From contig NW_013657668.1 of NCBI RefSeq assembly GCF_000142905.1, forward strand, positions 172,492-236,491: a stretch of 64,000 nt of DNA. The letters are read 5' to 3'. The notes below the pieces were generated by a model, which did no database searches, had not been told where the DNA came from, and saw only the letters and a program-made list of their open reading frames with translations. Each line of letters begins with the position of its first letter. The first letter of the stretch is position 1. Shown here piece by piece: positions 10,035-21,014 of the stretch. A program made the translations under genes and the position numbers. Origin of the DNA: Thecamonas trahens ATCC 50062. Its lineage: Eukaryota > Protista > Apusomonadida.

Positions 10035-11225
10035 CTATGGCTCGGCAAAATCGAGCTCGTTCAGCTTCTGCTGGGTGGCGTTGCGGCGGCGCTGGATCAT
10101 CTTGAAGCCACATAGCTGAACGAGCAGAATGCCAGAGAGGCAGTCAAGGCCGAGGATAGTGCCAGCCATGCCCGCGAGCTCACCAAGCAGCGAGGTCATG
10201 GGGTATGCGTAGGTCTCCTTGGTCACGACGGTGTTCAGACTATCGTACTGGAGAAGTATGTGGACAACGCTAAAGCCGGGCGGGATCGATGCGAGCTGTG
10301 GCGAGTCCTGCGCGAGGGCGATGGTCGACTGAGAGATCGAGTACGAGACTGACTGGGCGTTGTTGATGCTCTCAAAGATCTCGCGCTTGATGGTCATGAC
10401 GGTGGAAAGGCCCGGTGAGCCAAAGTTGGTCATGCGGTCGACGTCGTTCTCGGTCGGCTTGGTCCCGAACAGGTACGGCATGACACCGATGCCGTAGAAG
10501 AGGATGTTGTTGCTGGCGAGCGAGGTGTTGAGCAGAAAGACGATCTCGAGGGCGTAGTCGGTCGATGCTGCGCTTGCGACAAAGGGCGGGGAGGCAGAAC
10601 CCGGTGGTGGCGGCGGAAAGTCGTCGCGCGGGGCCGAGTTGGTGGTGTAGCAGTACATGCCAGTGGCGCGGAAGATGGCCTCCTCAAAGTGCACCGTCTG
10701 CTCGATGGGCTGCGGTACGTCGTTGCCTTGGCCGAGGAAAGCGACTAGGACAGCAAAGTCGTAGTCGTTGATGTTGCAAAAGGTAAAGGTCGGATACGCC
10801 AGCGATGAGGCCTGGTCGACCGAGACTGTTGTCCCTGGCTGTTCCTTGTCTTGCCGGTACTCATTGACTGTGTACATGACGTAGATGGTAAAGGCAATGG
10901 TGAGGACGAGGATGATGCCGCGGTTGAGCCATCGGAACTCGCGCGCCACCCGCTGCTCCTCGGTCAGACCTTCGGCCATGATCTGTCTCCGCTCGTGCAC
11001 CCGCATTGCTGGCTCGACCTTGCTTCCCCGCTTTCCGCCCGTCCCCATCCTTGTCCTCTGTCCGCTTGTCGCCGTCGCCACCATCGCCACTTCGTTCGCC
11101 GCCTCGTCGGTGCTGGTCGACTCGGCATGGGCGGTCGACTCGCTCGTCGGCCCGCTTGCGCTCGCGCTTGCAGCCGGCGTGCTTCTCTTGCCTGCTTGCA
11201 TGTGGGCTGATCGCCGTTTGCCCAT
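10035..11225 (-). CDS. DEG/ENaC (amiloride-sensitive channel)-like two-TM protein with a short ectodomain
   Basis: TM1 IILVLTIAFTIYVMY; post-TM1 TTVSV..LAYPTFTFCNIN (cf. FPAVTICN); TM2 YPMTSLLGELAGMAGTILGLDCL (cf. LLxDIGGQLGLFxGxS). Confidence 0.75.
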   Translation of the reverse strand: MGKRRSAHMQAGKRSTPAASASASGPTSESTAHAESTSTDEAANEVAMVATATSGQRTRMGTGGKRGSKVEPAMRVHERRQIMAEGLTEEQRVAREFRWLNRGIILVLTIAFTIYVMYTVNEYRQDKEQPGTTVSVDQASSLAYPTFTFCNINDYDFAVLVAFLGQGNDVPQPIEQTVHFEEAIFRATGMYCYTTNSAPRDDFPPPPPGSASPPFVASAASTDYALEIVFLLNTSLASNNILFYGIGVMPYLFGTKPTENDVDRMTNFGSPGLSTVMTIKREIFESINNAQSVSYSISQSTIALAQDSPQLASIPPGFSVVHILLQYDSLNTVVTKETYAYPMTSLLGELAGMAGTILGLDCLSGILLVQLCGFKMIQRRRNATQQKLNELDFAEP

Positions 11226-11326
11226 GGGGGGCCTGGGTGTGGTGTAGACAGGCAAGTGTGGCGAGGTAACGATATGGCAATAGGCCGAGCACCGTCAGCC
11301 GCATCACCCTCGGTCGGCACACCGCA

Positions 11327-14300
11327 TCAACTTGCCGCCGCGTTCGCATCAGCACGCGAACACCGATGATGACGGTAGCGGCGGCGGATCGTGGTGCGGG
11401 CTTTATCGCCTGGGCATCGACCGGTCCAGCACTCATGCTTCGGTAACGGCGGTGGGGTGGGGGTGAGCAGGAGTGGGTCGACAACGCGGAGGGGGAAGCG
11501 GACAGGGTGGAGGGTCTGGAGGGGCTGCCAGGCGGCGATGGCGTCGTCGTCGGCTTCGAGAGCAATCAGACGCTCACAGGCGGCAGAGGCACGTTCGACG
11601 TCAAGAACGGTTCCGGCGGTGAGCTCGTTGACATGGTTGCGGCCGTGGTACTTGACAGCAACGACGGCGCGGGCCGAAGGACCCTCGGCACCGGGCGGGG
11701 CGATGCAGCGGTCAAAGATCGAGGCAAGATCGGTGGCGGCGAGGGCGGCGATGCGGGCGGCGGCGCGGTCCTTGCGGTCAAACTCGTAGCGATGTGAGGT
11801 GAGGAGCGAGCGGGCGGAGGAAAAGGTTTCACGGAAGGTCTTGTCACGGAGAGTGTGCTTGAGGATGAGGGCGGCCTTGTGCTGCTCGAGGAGGGCAGCG
11901 TCGGTGGCGAGCGAGGCGATGACCGGGGCCATGTGCTCGGCCACAAACTGGTCGATGGCGGCCTCAAGGGCGTCAGGCGAGTGCTCGGCCGACTGGATGA
12001 CCCAACCAAAGAAGCGCTCGCCGGCGTACGTCGGGGCGAGAGTCCACACAACATATCCAAGTTGCTGCCGGGTTCGCAAGTCGTCAAAGGCCATCTGCTT
12101 GATGACCTGCTGCAGCAGCAGTGTCGCGTAGTGGACGTGCGGTTCGTGGCCGTTTGGAATGTGGAAGTAGAGCGCAAGCGCCGAGTTGGTGTCGTCGTCG
12201 TGCGGAGCGCGAGCGCGGGTGACGAGTCGCGATCCGGGTCGGAGGGCGACGCAGCGAGTGTGGGGGAGGAGCGCGAGAGGGAGCGGGGCCCAGCCCATGG
12301 CGTGGCGGAGCGCGGCGTCCCAACCGACGACCGTCTCGGCACTCACGTTGCCGTAGACAAGGGTTTCGGCAAAGCCGATGCGCATAAACCGGCCCAGAGC
12401 GGCCTCGACGTCGGCAAAGCGGAGGCTGGCGAGTTGGGCAACAACAGAGGCATCGGACCACGAGGCTGGGACAAGAAGCGCGGCGACGTGGCGACGGGCG
12501 TGCCAGTGTGGTGAGTTGGATTTGCGGTTGAGGTAGACCTTGAGTGCCTGGTCGCGGAAGACTTCAAACTTGCCTGGGTCGAGCACGACGGCGCGAATGG
12601 CGGCCAGAAAGTCGACAAGATATGTACCCATGTGCTGCGAGTAACCACCAAAGCTGACACGGTAGCCGACCGACGATGCCGTGGACGAGGCGTGGAGGCC
12701 AGCTAGTGAAGCTGGGTACTTGAACTCGCGCAGCGCGTCGCGGAGGAAGAGATCGAGCACGTAGTTGGCGGCCAGGAGGCCCGGCGACGCCGCGGTGCCC
12801 TCGTGCGAGTAGAGCGTGACTGAGCCCAGCACCTTGGGTTGGGCGTACACGGTGTCGCGGATGTAGAAGACGCGGCCAGTGGCATCGTCGATGAGCTTGA
12901 GCGGGACCGGCGGGGCGAGCGGGTCGTCGCTGCCAGGGCGGACGCCGTCGCATCCGGGCAGGATGTCGAACGAGTCTGGGATGTAAGGGTTGAGCTCCGG
13001 GAGAGCAAGGGTCGAGCAGAGGGCCGGGAGGCTATCTGTGCCGTTGAAGAGAGCGCGCTGCTCAGACGAGAGCTCGACCCGGCCGTACTTGGTCCCGTAC
13101 CAGCGCTCGGTGAGGGAGGCCGACGATGCGGTAGCGTGGGCGACGACGTAGACGCGGGCCAGCTCTGGGACGAGGCAGGGGAGAACAACGTTGCGGAGGA
13201 GGCCGACGTTGAGGCCGGCCGGGCTGTGAAGGTACGGACCAACGAGGATGTGCTCGGGGGCGTAGGTGTGGAGAGCGACGGCGAGCGACTTTGCGGTGGA
13301 GCGTGGCGACGACTTTTCGCGAAAGGTAAAGTTGATCTCGGCCATGGCAGCGTGCTCGGCGTAGAGTGCGGCGAGGACGGCGTCGGGAGCGGCAGCAACG
13401 AGGCGGAGCATGTGAAAGACGGCGGCAGCGATGGCATCGGTGGAGTCGAGACCAGCAGGCGTGAGCATGACCTTGACGGCGAGAACGGTAAACTCCCAGT
13501 GCTCAAGGTAGGTGTAGGCCGAGAGCTCTGTGGCCCAGCCCGGGCGCGGAGAGCCGAGAGCAGCGAGCCGCTCCCCTCGTGGCCGAGGATGTGGGTGATG
13601 AGCGCGAGGGGCTTGGTCGAGTAAGCGTGGCGGAGGCCCGGGAGGGCAAAGAGGAAGACCATGGAGCGCTCCTCGGAGACCGGGACCATGGTGTACCAGT
13701 GCGGGCCGGAGGGCGGGTCGGCAAAGGGCAGCGGCGAGGCAGCGGCGAGGCGATCGGTCAGGCAGGAGTCCGCTGAGACGCGCGAGGCAGCGGCCGAGTC
13801 AAACACCGGGAGCGGGGCGTTGTGGTTGGCGATGAGCGGAACGTGGGCGTCGTGGAGCATGGCGGCCATGTCATCGAGCGGGAGCGGGGAGACTAGGCAC
13901 ATGCGCATGAGGTTTGCCGAGTAGTACTTGGCGTGAAAGTCGAGAAGGGCAGCGCGAACGTCGATGCCGGCAGCATCGGGAGCAGTAGCCAGCGTCTCGA
14001 GGTTTCCTGTGCCAAAGTGGGCAAAGGCGTAGTCTGCCTTTGCGGTAGACTTGATGAGCTGGTAGAGCCTCCGCGAGTTTGAGGTCAAGTTCTTTGAGTT
14101 TTCCGAGTCGACAGCCTTGACCTCACGAGCAGCACACGAGGAAGTGAAGAGCGGGGCGATAAAGATGGAGACAAAGATGTCCAGCGCCGTAGCCAGAGCC
14201 GATGCCTCGACATCAAAGTGGTAGGTGGTCTTCTCTGACGATGTAGATGCGTTGCAGCCTCCGCCGTGATCGTTGATGAACTTGCGATATGCGTCCTCCT

Positions 14301-14517
14301 CTGGGTACTTGTCCGAACCCAGGAACAGCATGTGCTCCAGGTAGTGTGCGAGGCCCGGGAGGCTCTCCGGGTCAGCCATGTGGCCCACGGCTACCGAGAG
14401 GGCCACCGCGGCCTTCTCGGCCTCCGGGTCGTGGACAAGCATGCACTCGAGGCCGTTGTCCAGCACCAGGTGGCGGAGCTCACGTCCGTCCGCCCCTGGT
14501 TTGATGATATGTGTCAT
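11327..14517 (-). CDS. Insulysin / pitrilysin-family M16A metallopeptidase
   Basis: ATG 14517; GLAHYLEHMLFLGSDKYP (HxxEH), FGTGNLETL, LGHEGSGSLLSAL and FDDLRTRQQLGY. A single missing base at ~13540 restores LRARGWATELSA. Exact C-terminus uncertain. Confidence 0.92.
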
Positions 14518-14604
14518 GGTAGTGGTCGCGATAGTGGCGGTGGTGGTGGGAGGGGAGAGGGGTGAGCACACGAGTCGCATTGAGTGGAGGGGGGCGGGGG
14601 GGGG

Positions 14605-14969
14605 NNNNNNNNNNNNNNNNNNNNNNNNNNNNNNNNNNNNNNNNNNNNNNNNNNNNNNNNNNNNNNNNNNNNNNNNNNNNNNNNNNNNNNNNNNNNNNNN
14701 NNNNNNNNNNNNNNNNNNNNNNNNNNNNNNNNNNNNNNNNNNNNNNNNNNNNNNNNNNNNNNNNNNNNNNNNNNNNNNNNNNNNNNNNNNNNNNNNNNNN
14801 NNNNNNNNNNNNNNNNNNNNNNNNNNNNNNNNNNNNNNNNNNNNNNNNNNNNNNNNNNNNNNNNNNNNNNNNNNNNNNNNNNNNNNNNNNNNNNNNNNNN
14901 NNNNNNNNNNNNNNNNNNNNNNNNNNNNNNNNNNNNNNNNNNNNNNNNNNNNNNNNNNNNNNNNNNNNN
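14605..14969. other. Assembly gap flanked by poly-G
   Basis: Run of N. Confidence 1.
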
Positions 14970-14995
14970 GGGGGGGGGGGGGGGCGACCTGACCT

Positions 14996-15258
14996 GACAC
15001 ACGCACATACACACACACACACATACACACATACACACACATATACACACACATACATACACACATACACACACATACATACACACACACATACACACAC
15101 ATACATACACACATACATTCAACCACACGCGCACACTCACTCGGACACACTCAGAGACACACACTCTCTCTCTCTGTCTGTCTGTCCGTCTGTTCCTCAC
15201 ACACACACACACACACATACACACACACACACACACATACACACATACACACACATAT
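14996..15258. repeat. (CA)n/(CATA)n compound microsatellite
   Basis: Directly visible; lies in the insulysin/PTPDC1 divergent intergenic region. Confidence 0.95.
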
Positions 15259-15272
15259 CATAGTGTCCACAT

Positions 15273-16829
15273 ATGTCCACCTTGTACTGCAAAACAGTCT
15301 GCCGCGGGAGCAAGTGCAAGCACGAGCGAGTCCGATCGGGGACGGTTGCAGCCATGCCGGGCCTGCCCTCGGCCTGGGTCCGACCCCATCTGCTCGCCAT
15401 GGCCAGGCCATCGTGGAGGAAGATCGCTGACCACGGCCTCGATGTCGCCTTGGCCGACGCAGGCGTGTGTGTGGTCGTCAATCTGCAGCAGCCCGGAGAG
15501 CATGCGTTCTGCGGTGATGGCCTCGACCCGCACTCGTCAGCTGGCTTTGCCTACGATCCCGACGTCCTGGCTGCTGCCGGCATCACCCACATTGCCTCGG
15601 GATGGGACGACATGGGTGTGCCACGCATGGCGGTCCTTGCCCGCTCCGTCTTCTTCATCGACTACGCCGTCAACGTGCTCGGCGGCCGCGCCGCCGTCCA
15701 CTGCCACGCCGGCCTCGGCCGCACAGGCCTCGTCTGCGCCGCCTATCTGGTCTACTCAGAGCATCTCTCGCCGCAGGCAGCCATTGCTGCCGTTCGCGCC
15801 GCCAGGCCCAAAGCCATCCAGACTCGCAAGCAGGTGGCGGCCGTCAAGCGCTACGCGCGCGCTCTGGCCGACGCCGCAGCCGTCTTTGTCCCCTCGCCAG
15901 CGCTCGTTGAGCTCTGGCGAATCGACCACGCCACCCACTGCACCACCGCAAGCGAGTCGTGCACACACTGGGCGCATGCCGCGCCGAAAACTCCGCACAC
16001 AGCCGCCGGCGTCGCGCTCCCGCAGCCCGCCTCGCTCCGAGACCTACTCCAGAGGCAGGAGCTCATCGTTCATGGTGAGGAGCGCCGCGAGCTCCGCTAT
16101 GGCCCCAAGGCCGTCCTCCTTCTTCTCCGCCGCCTCGAGGCCGAGTCGCGAGCCGATGCCGCCCGCGCGCTGAGCGACGTGGCCGCACGTGTGCTCCCGG
16201 GCACTGTGCGACGAACCGTCGCCGACGCCGGATCGTGGCTCTGGCCAGAGTACAGTCTGCAACAGAGCCTCAACGCCCGGTTGTGGCATGCTGTCGATGA
16301 GGTGCCGCTTGTCACGGTCGTCTCGACGCTCGTCTCGTGGCTTCGCTTCTCGCTCGCCCACCCACTCGTCGAAGCCACATCACTCAATCTCGGTGTGTAC
16401 TCGCCCGACTGCGTTGGCCTCGCCGTCCATCTCATGTCTGCCTTTGACCCGATCCTCGCGGCCTGCACGCCCGACGAGGCCCTTGCTGCCGACAAATTGC
16501 TCTTCTGGGCACTGGCCCACGGCGAGGCACACGTGCCGCTCCGCCTTGCCGCCCTCAGACAGGCCATCCGCGATGCTGCCGCCACCAAGCCCAAACCGGT
16601 CATTGTCTACACTCCGCGTGCTGGCGCTACAGAAGGCCTCGTGAGCGACCTCCTGTTCCAAGCCGGTGCTACCGGGCCGTCGTCACAGGCAGCCAGTTCG
16701 GTGGCGGTCAACGACTCGTCCATCTCCGAGCCTCTCTCCGGCAGCGATTCGTCCGACTCGGGCAGCGACCTACCGTCACCGCGATCGCGGTCGCAGGCCG
16801 GTACGCCCATCCCACATCGCCCATACTAA
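15273..16829 (+). CDS. PTPDC1: Protein tyrosine phosphatase domain-containing protein 1-like dual-specificity phosphatase
   Basis: N-terminal CRGSKCKHE, LAMARPS, NLQQPGEHAFCGDGL, GFAYDP, GWDDMGVP and catalytic AVHCHAGLGRTG are all characteristic of PTPDC1. Confidence 0.9.
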   Translation: MSTLYCKTVCRGSKCKHERVRSGTVAAMPGLPSAWVRPHLLAMARPSWRKIADHGLDVALADAGVCVVVNLQQPGEHAFCGDGLDPHSSAGFAYDPDVLAAAGITHIASGWDDMGVPRMAVLARSVFFIDYAVNVLGGRAAVHCHAGLGRTGLVCAAYLVYSEHLSPQAAIAAVRAARPKAIQTRKQVAAVKRYARALADAAAVFVPSPALVELWRIDHATHCTTASESCTHWAHAAPKTPHTAAGVALPQPASLRDLLQRQELIVHGEERRELRYGPKAVLLLLRRLEAESRADAARALSDVAARVLPGTVRRTVADAGSWLWPEYSLQQSLNARLWHAVDEVPLVTVVSTLVSWLRFSLAHPLVEATSLNLGVYSPDCVGLAVHLMSAFDPILAACTPDEALAADKLLFWALAHGEAHVPLRLAALRQAIRDAAATKPKPVIVYTPRAGATEGLVSDLLFQAGATGPSSQAASSVAVNDSSISEPLSGSDSSDSGSDLPSPRSRSQAGTPIPHRPY

Positions 16830-16855
16830 ATCCTCGGACCCTCAGATGTGCTGCG

Positions 16856-17938
16856 TCATGCGCTCTGCCACAGCGCCCAGCGCTTGAACGTCGAGGCGCC
16901 AGCAACGAGCGGCGGCTGGACGACGATGGTAGACTTGTCGTCAGCAGAGTAGCCGGCCTCGCCAAGCAGCTTGCGACGCTTGGCGTGCGCAGAGGTGACG
17001 GCTGCAGCGGCGGCGCGGATGTTCAGCAGCAGCGGATTGGAGGTCCAGTCGTCGGCGATGGCTTTGCGCTTGCGGCGCGGTGTACGTGACGGCGCGGTAT
17101 CGGGGGCCACGCCGCGCGGCTGGATGACGGGCGTCGTCGTGCGGCGCTGGGCCGGCTTGGTCTTGCCGCCACGGCCGCGAGCAGCACGAGCCGACTCAAG
17201 CATCTTCTGGGCCCGCTGCTGCTTGCGCTTGCGCGGCGTTGTCTTGGTTGTGGCGGACGACTTGGGCTTGCGGCCGGTCTTTCGGGTCTTGATCGGGTTC
17301 TCCGCGACGGCGGCGGCGACCTCAGGCAGGGTCTCGCTAAACGAGTTGAGCGCGGCTTTGAGCGCCTTGGGAGTGACGTCCACAGCGGTGGCGAGCGAGC
17401 GGACGCCGGCAGTGTCGAGGGTGCGGCCCTGAGCGAGGGTGGCGGCGGCGATGGCAGCGCCAGCCACAACGGGCTGGCCCAGCTCGTTGCGGACGTCTTC
17501 GGGCGAGGCCTTGGGCATCTTGCGGATGTAAGCATCCTTAAAGGCGGCGAGCAGGGCGACGGCCGGAGCGGAAAGATCTTTGGCCAGGCCAGCGGCGGCG
17601 ATGATGGTGGGCATGCTGAGCGGACGGGAGAGGCCGAGGACGTTGCGAAGACGGGTGAGGGCGGTGATGGCCTTGCCACGGGTGCGGAATCCACCAACTT
17701 GGGCCAGACGAGCATGGGTAGGCGCCGCCGCAGGAGCCACCTCCTCGGCCGCCGCCGCCACCACCACTGCCGCCATGCCCATCAACGTCCCGTCCTTGAC
17801 CTTGCTCTGCGCCGCCCGGCTCAACTCACGGGCACGGGCCACCACAGCCTGTGACGTGCTTGGTCCGGTCTCGGCAGGCAGTAACTGCTCTGCTGCCCGT
17901 GCAATGAGGTTGCCCAGCGGTTGGCGCTGTGAGGGCAT
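16856..17938 (-). CDS. ORC6: Origin recognition complex subunit 6-like
   Basis: LIARAAEQLL...VVARARELSR...AAVVVAAAAE...LRNVLGL...ALLAAFK...QPVVAGAAIAAA follows the ORC6 TFIIB-like helical pattern, with a basic C-tail. ATG 17938 lies just before a gap. Confidence 0.65.
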   Translation of the reverse strand: MPSQRQPLGNLIARAAEQLLPAETGPSTSQAVVARARELSRAAQSKVKDGTLMGMAAVVVAAAAEEVAPAAAPTHARLAQVGGFRTRGKAITALTRLRNVLGLSRPLSMPTIIAAAGLAKDLSAPAVALLAAFKDAYIRKMPKASPEDVRNELGQPVVAGAAIAAATLAQGRTLDTAGVRSLATAVDVTPKALKAALNSFSETLPEVAAAVAENPIKTRKTGRKPKSSATTKTTPRKRKQQRAQKMLESARAARGRGGKTKPAQRRTTTPVIQPRGVAPDTAPSRTPRRKRKAIADDWTSNPLLLNIRAAAAAVTSAHAKRRKLLGEAGYSADDKSTIVVQPPLVAGASTFKRWALWQSA

Positions 17939-17973
17939 GGCTGTGGAGACGGATGTGTGTGTCTGGTATGGGA

Positions 17974-18420
17974 NNNNNNNNNNNNNNNNNNNNNNNNNNN
18001 NNNNNNNNNNNNNNNNNNNNNNNNNNNNNNNNNNNNNNNNNNNNNNNNNNNNNNNNNNNNNNNNNNNNNNNNNNNNNNNNNNNNNNNNNNNNNNNNNNNN
18101 NNNNNNNNNNNNNNNNNNNNNNNNNNNNNNNNNNNNNNNNNNNNNNNNNNNNNNNNNNNNNNNNNNNNNNNNNNNNNNNNNNNNNNNNNNNNNNNNNNNN
18201 NNNNNNNNNNNNNNNNNNNNNNNNNNNNNNNNNNNNNNNNNNNNNNNNNNNNNNNNNNNNNNNNNNNNNNNNNNNNNNNNNNNNNNNNNNNNNNNNNNNN
18301 NNNNNNNNNNNNNNNNNNNNNNNNNNNNNNNNNNNNNNNNNNNNNNNNNNNNNNNNNNNNNNNNNNNNNNNNNNNNNNNNNNNNNNNNNNNNNNNNNNNN
18401 NNNNNNNNNNNNNNNNNNNN
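17974..18420. other. Assembly gap
   Basis: Run of N. Confidence 1.
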
Positions 18421-18442
18421 TCAAACTGGGCAGGAGAGGGCG

Positions 18443-20887
18443 TTATGAGAACGCGGCGAGGAGGTCGGCAACTTCGGGCGGTGGATCGATCGATGCCGAT
18501 GATGGTTGCGGTTGTGGCGTGGTCGGGGCGGACGGTGCAGCTTGGGTCGAGGCCACGGAGGCGACAATGCCATTGGCAAAGACGGCGGCAGCGGCCGGAC
18601 GCCACGGGGAGCGCTCCAAGAGGCCGTGGACGCGGCAGACGACAAGGGAGGTGCCAGACGAAACCCTGATGGCTGTCTCGGTCGCTGTGCAAAGGACGAC
18701 TGCAGTCGACGACCGGATTGCGGCGTACTCAACATCAGCTTCGCGGAAGGTCGCCGTCTGAAGGCGACGAAAGGCAGCCGATGCCTTGGCCTCATACTGG
18801 TGCTCTTCGCTCGGCCGCAGCGTCCCAAGCAGCTGCTTCTGCCGCATGGAAAGAAGATTGAGCGTGAGCGCAGCGCCAGCCGGCACCGCCCCAGGCAGAG
18901 TCACCGCAACAAGGGCAGGCTCCAGTGAGAGCTCGACAAAGCGGACGGCAAACCAGTCATAGTCGATTCGCTTGTCCACCATCGTCTTGCGCACCATCAA
19001 CGCTGCTGGGAAGGCGCACAGCGCGTCGAGCAAGAGGCTGGGATCATCCGGCCCGGGATCCAGCACCGCGATCGGAGCGTTCTTTCCAAACGCTTTGACG
19101 ACCGGATGTGAGGCAAGAGTAACCTCGCGGTTGGCATAGAGCGTAGGCAGGCCACCGGCAACATCGCCCGGGACGGCACCATCAATGAAACCGACAACGA
19201 GCACGTGGTCGCCGACAGCATAAACAGACAAGCCCGTAGCCACTAGCGGCGTAACTCCCGTCGGTGCCTCCTTGCGTCCAGCCACGCATCGCACAGCAGA
19301 AAAGGTGCCGGTGAAGAGGATGCTCGCCACGCCGGCCGGGAGGGCAAGCTCCGCCGCGTGCGCCTGGCTAAGCTCAGTGCCCAGCGGCAGGGACGTGGCG
19401 GCGGAGGCTTCGAGAGCAAAGGTGATAGCAGTTGGCAAGGTGATGACAGACGTCGCCGTCAACGCTTCCAGCTCAGGGCCAAGTCGCAGCTCCCACATAC
19501 CACGAGGCAGGCAGCGAAGGAGCCGGCGGATTGGTGCAGGCATGGCAGCGCTGCCGTCACTGCCTCTGCGAGCACACAGCAGCGACGATTCGAGGGTCGA
19601 GAGCCAGGTCGTGTCACAGTCGGGCCCCGGCCGCCACCACAGACCGTAGGCGAGGTGACCTGGCGACTCGAGCCGCGACGGAAGCAGGTCCAGCCAGGCC
19701 GCGATGCCGTCGGGCCCGGATCGGGCGCCGATGACGACGGCAGCAGTGGCGAGCGCATCGGCAAGTGCGCAGGCTGCCGAGGTCACAATCGTGACCGACG
19801 CGGGCATGCCAGCCCCAAGCTTAAGCAGCGCGCCCGAGTGCGGGTCCACAAAGTGGGTGTGCCCAAACTTGAACAGCTCGGTGTAGTCGCCCGACGTAAC
19901 AACTGAGACGTAGCGGACGCCTGGTGGCGGCGTGATCTTGAGCGTGGCGAGCGTACCAGCTGAGCCAGCGAGATCTGCCAGCGGCTCTCCGGCAGTCCAT
20001 GCTGCAAACAGCGTAGAAACAGGTGGTGGTGTCGCAACCGCTACGTCCCATCCCCACCCTACCCCGGTGTGTGTCTGCGGCCCGGCCCGTCGTCCGCCCA
20101 GCGCAGACGACGGAGGCGCAGCCGGCGGCCCGCCCGCAACGACCATATCGCCGCCCCACTCGACCATAAACGCCTCAAAACCCACGTCGAGCAGAGCATC
20201 TGCAATGAGGTCAATGGCGAGACCCTTGGCGAGGCCGAGCAAGTCGATCTGGACGCCGGGCGGGATGCGGTCGCGCACGATCTTCCCGTCGTCGACTTCG
20301 ACCAGATGCCAACCAACGACGTTCATGACATCTTTCTGCCTCGCTGGCGAGAGCAGCGAGTCTGCAGCGAGCGCGGAGCGCCAGGCATCGTACAGTGGCT
20401 TGGCCGTGGCGTCGTACGCACCGAGAGTCAGAGCGTGCGCCTCGCCCGCCAGCGCCAGCGCCCTCTGCATCAGCGGTGAGAGCGAGAATGATGGGCTCGG
20501 TGCTTGCTTCTCGCCCGTAGCAGCTCCATTGGTGCCATCAGCGTTGTCGGCGCCATCGATGCTCTCGGCATCGACAGCGAGGAAGGCGTTGAGGGCGACG
20601 ATCTCTGAGTCTGGGTTGAACGGATCGAGGACGGCGTGGATAGCGTCAAAGGAGGTGTCAATGGCTTCGGCAACGGCGGATGATGCCGCGGCGTGGGCAT
20701 CGGGCCCGATGCCTGGCGGAAGGGCGACAACGTGGTAGGCGAGGGCCATGCGTGTGCCGGAGGTGTCGACGGCACCTGCCGCAGTGGCAGACCGTGTCGG
20801 GAGGCGGGGCAGCGGGTGAGCGGGTGAGCCTCGCGAGGCGGCTGGCGAGGAGAGCATGAGAGACGATGCCGACGTGGCAAAGGCCAT
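18443..20887 (-). CDS. ApbE-family FAD:protein FMN transferase fused to C-terminal flavin-reductase-like domain(s)
   Basis: GAYDATAKPLYDAW, IDLLGLAKGLAID, VEWGGDM, VTSGDY, HFVDPHSG and ADALATA are ApbE motifs. C-terminal VGDHVLVVG, FVELSLEPALVAVTL and LTLNLLS resemble the flavin reductase split barrel. Confidence 0.85.
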   Translation of the reverse strand: MAFATSASSLMLSSPAASRGSPAHPLPRLPTRSATAAGAVDTSGTRMALAYHVVALPPGIGPDAHAAASSAVAEAIDTSFDAIHAVLDPFNPDSEIVALNAFLAVDAESIDGADNADGTNGAATGEKQAPSPSFSLSPLMQRALALAGEAHALTLGAYDATAKPLYDAWRSALAADSLLSPARQKDVMNVVGWHLVEVDDGKIVRDRIPPGVQIDLLGLAKGLAIDLIADALLDVGFEAFMVEWGGDMVVAGGPPAAPPSSALGGRRAGPQTHTGVGWGWDVAVATPPPVSTLFAAWTAGEPLADLAGSAGTLATLKITPPPGVRYVSVVTSGDYTELFKFGHTHFVDPHSGALLKLGAGMPASVTIVTSAACALADALATAAVVIGARSGPDGIAAWLDLLPSRLESPGHLAYGLWWRPGPDCDTTWLSTLESSLLCARRGSDGSAAMPAPIRRLLRCLPRGMWELRLGPELEALTATSVITLPTAITFALEASAATSLPLGTELSQAHAAELALPAGVASILFTGTFSAVRCVAGRKEAPTGVTPLVATGLSVYAVGDHVLVVGFIDGAVPGDVAGGLPTLYANREVTLASHPVVKAFGKNAPIAVLDPGPDDPSLLLDALCAFPAALMVRKTMVDKRIDYDWFAVRFVELSLEPALVAVTLPGAVPAGAALTLNLLSMRQKQLLGTLRPSEEHQYEAKASAAFRRLQTATFREADVEYAAIRSSTAVVLCTATETAIRVSSGTSLVVCRVHGLLERSPWRPAAAAVFANGIVASVASTQAAPSAPTTPQPQPSSASIDPPPEVADLLAAFS

Positions 20888-21014
20888 GGCTGGTGGCAGA
20901 CGAGGGTAGTAGTTGGTGCTTGGTGCCAGGGAGTGAGAGGTGCGGCGAAATGTATCTGCTTCATCCACGGCTTCGGCACTGGCAGCTCAGGCCGAGCCGA
21001 GCCCATCACAGTCG

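Noticed and set aside
14378-15263. ORFs spanning N gaps and CA repeats (also 17580-18761)
   Set aside because: Artefacts of translating Ns and microsatellites.
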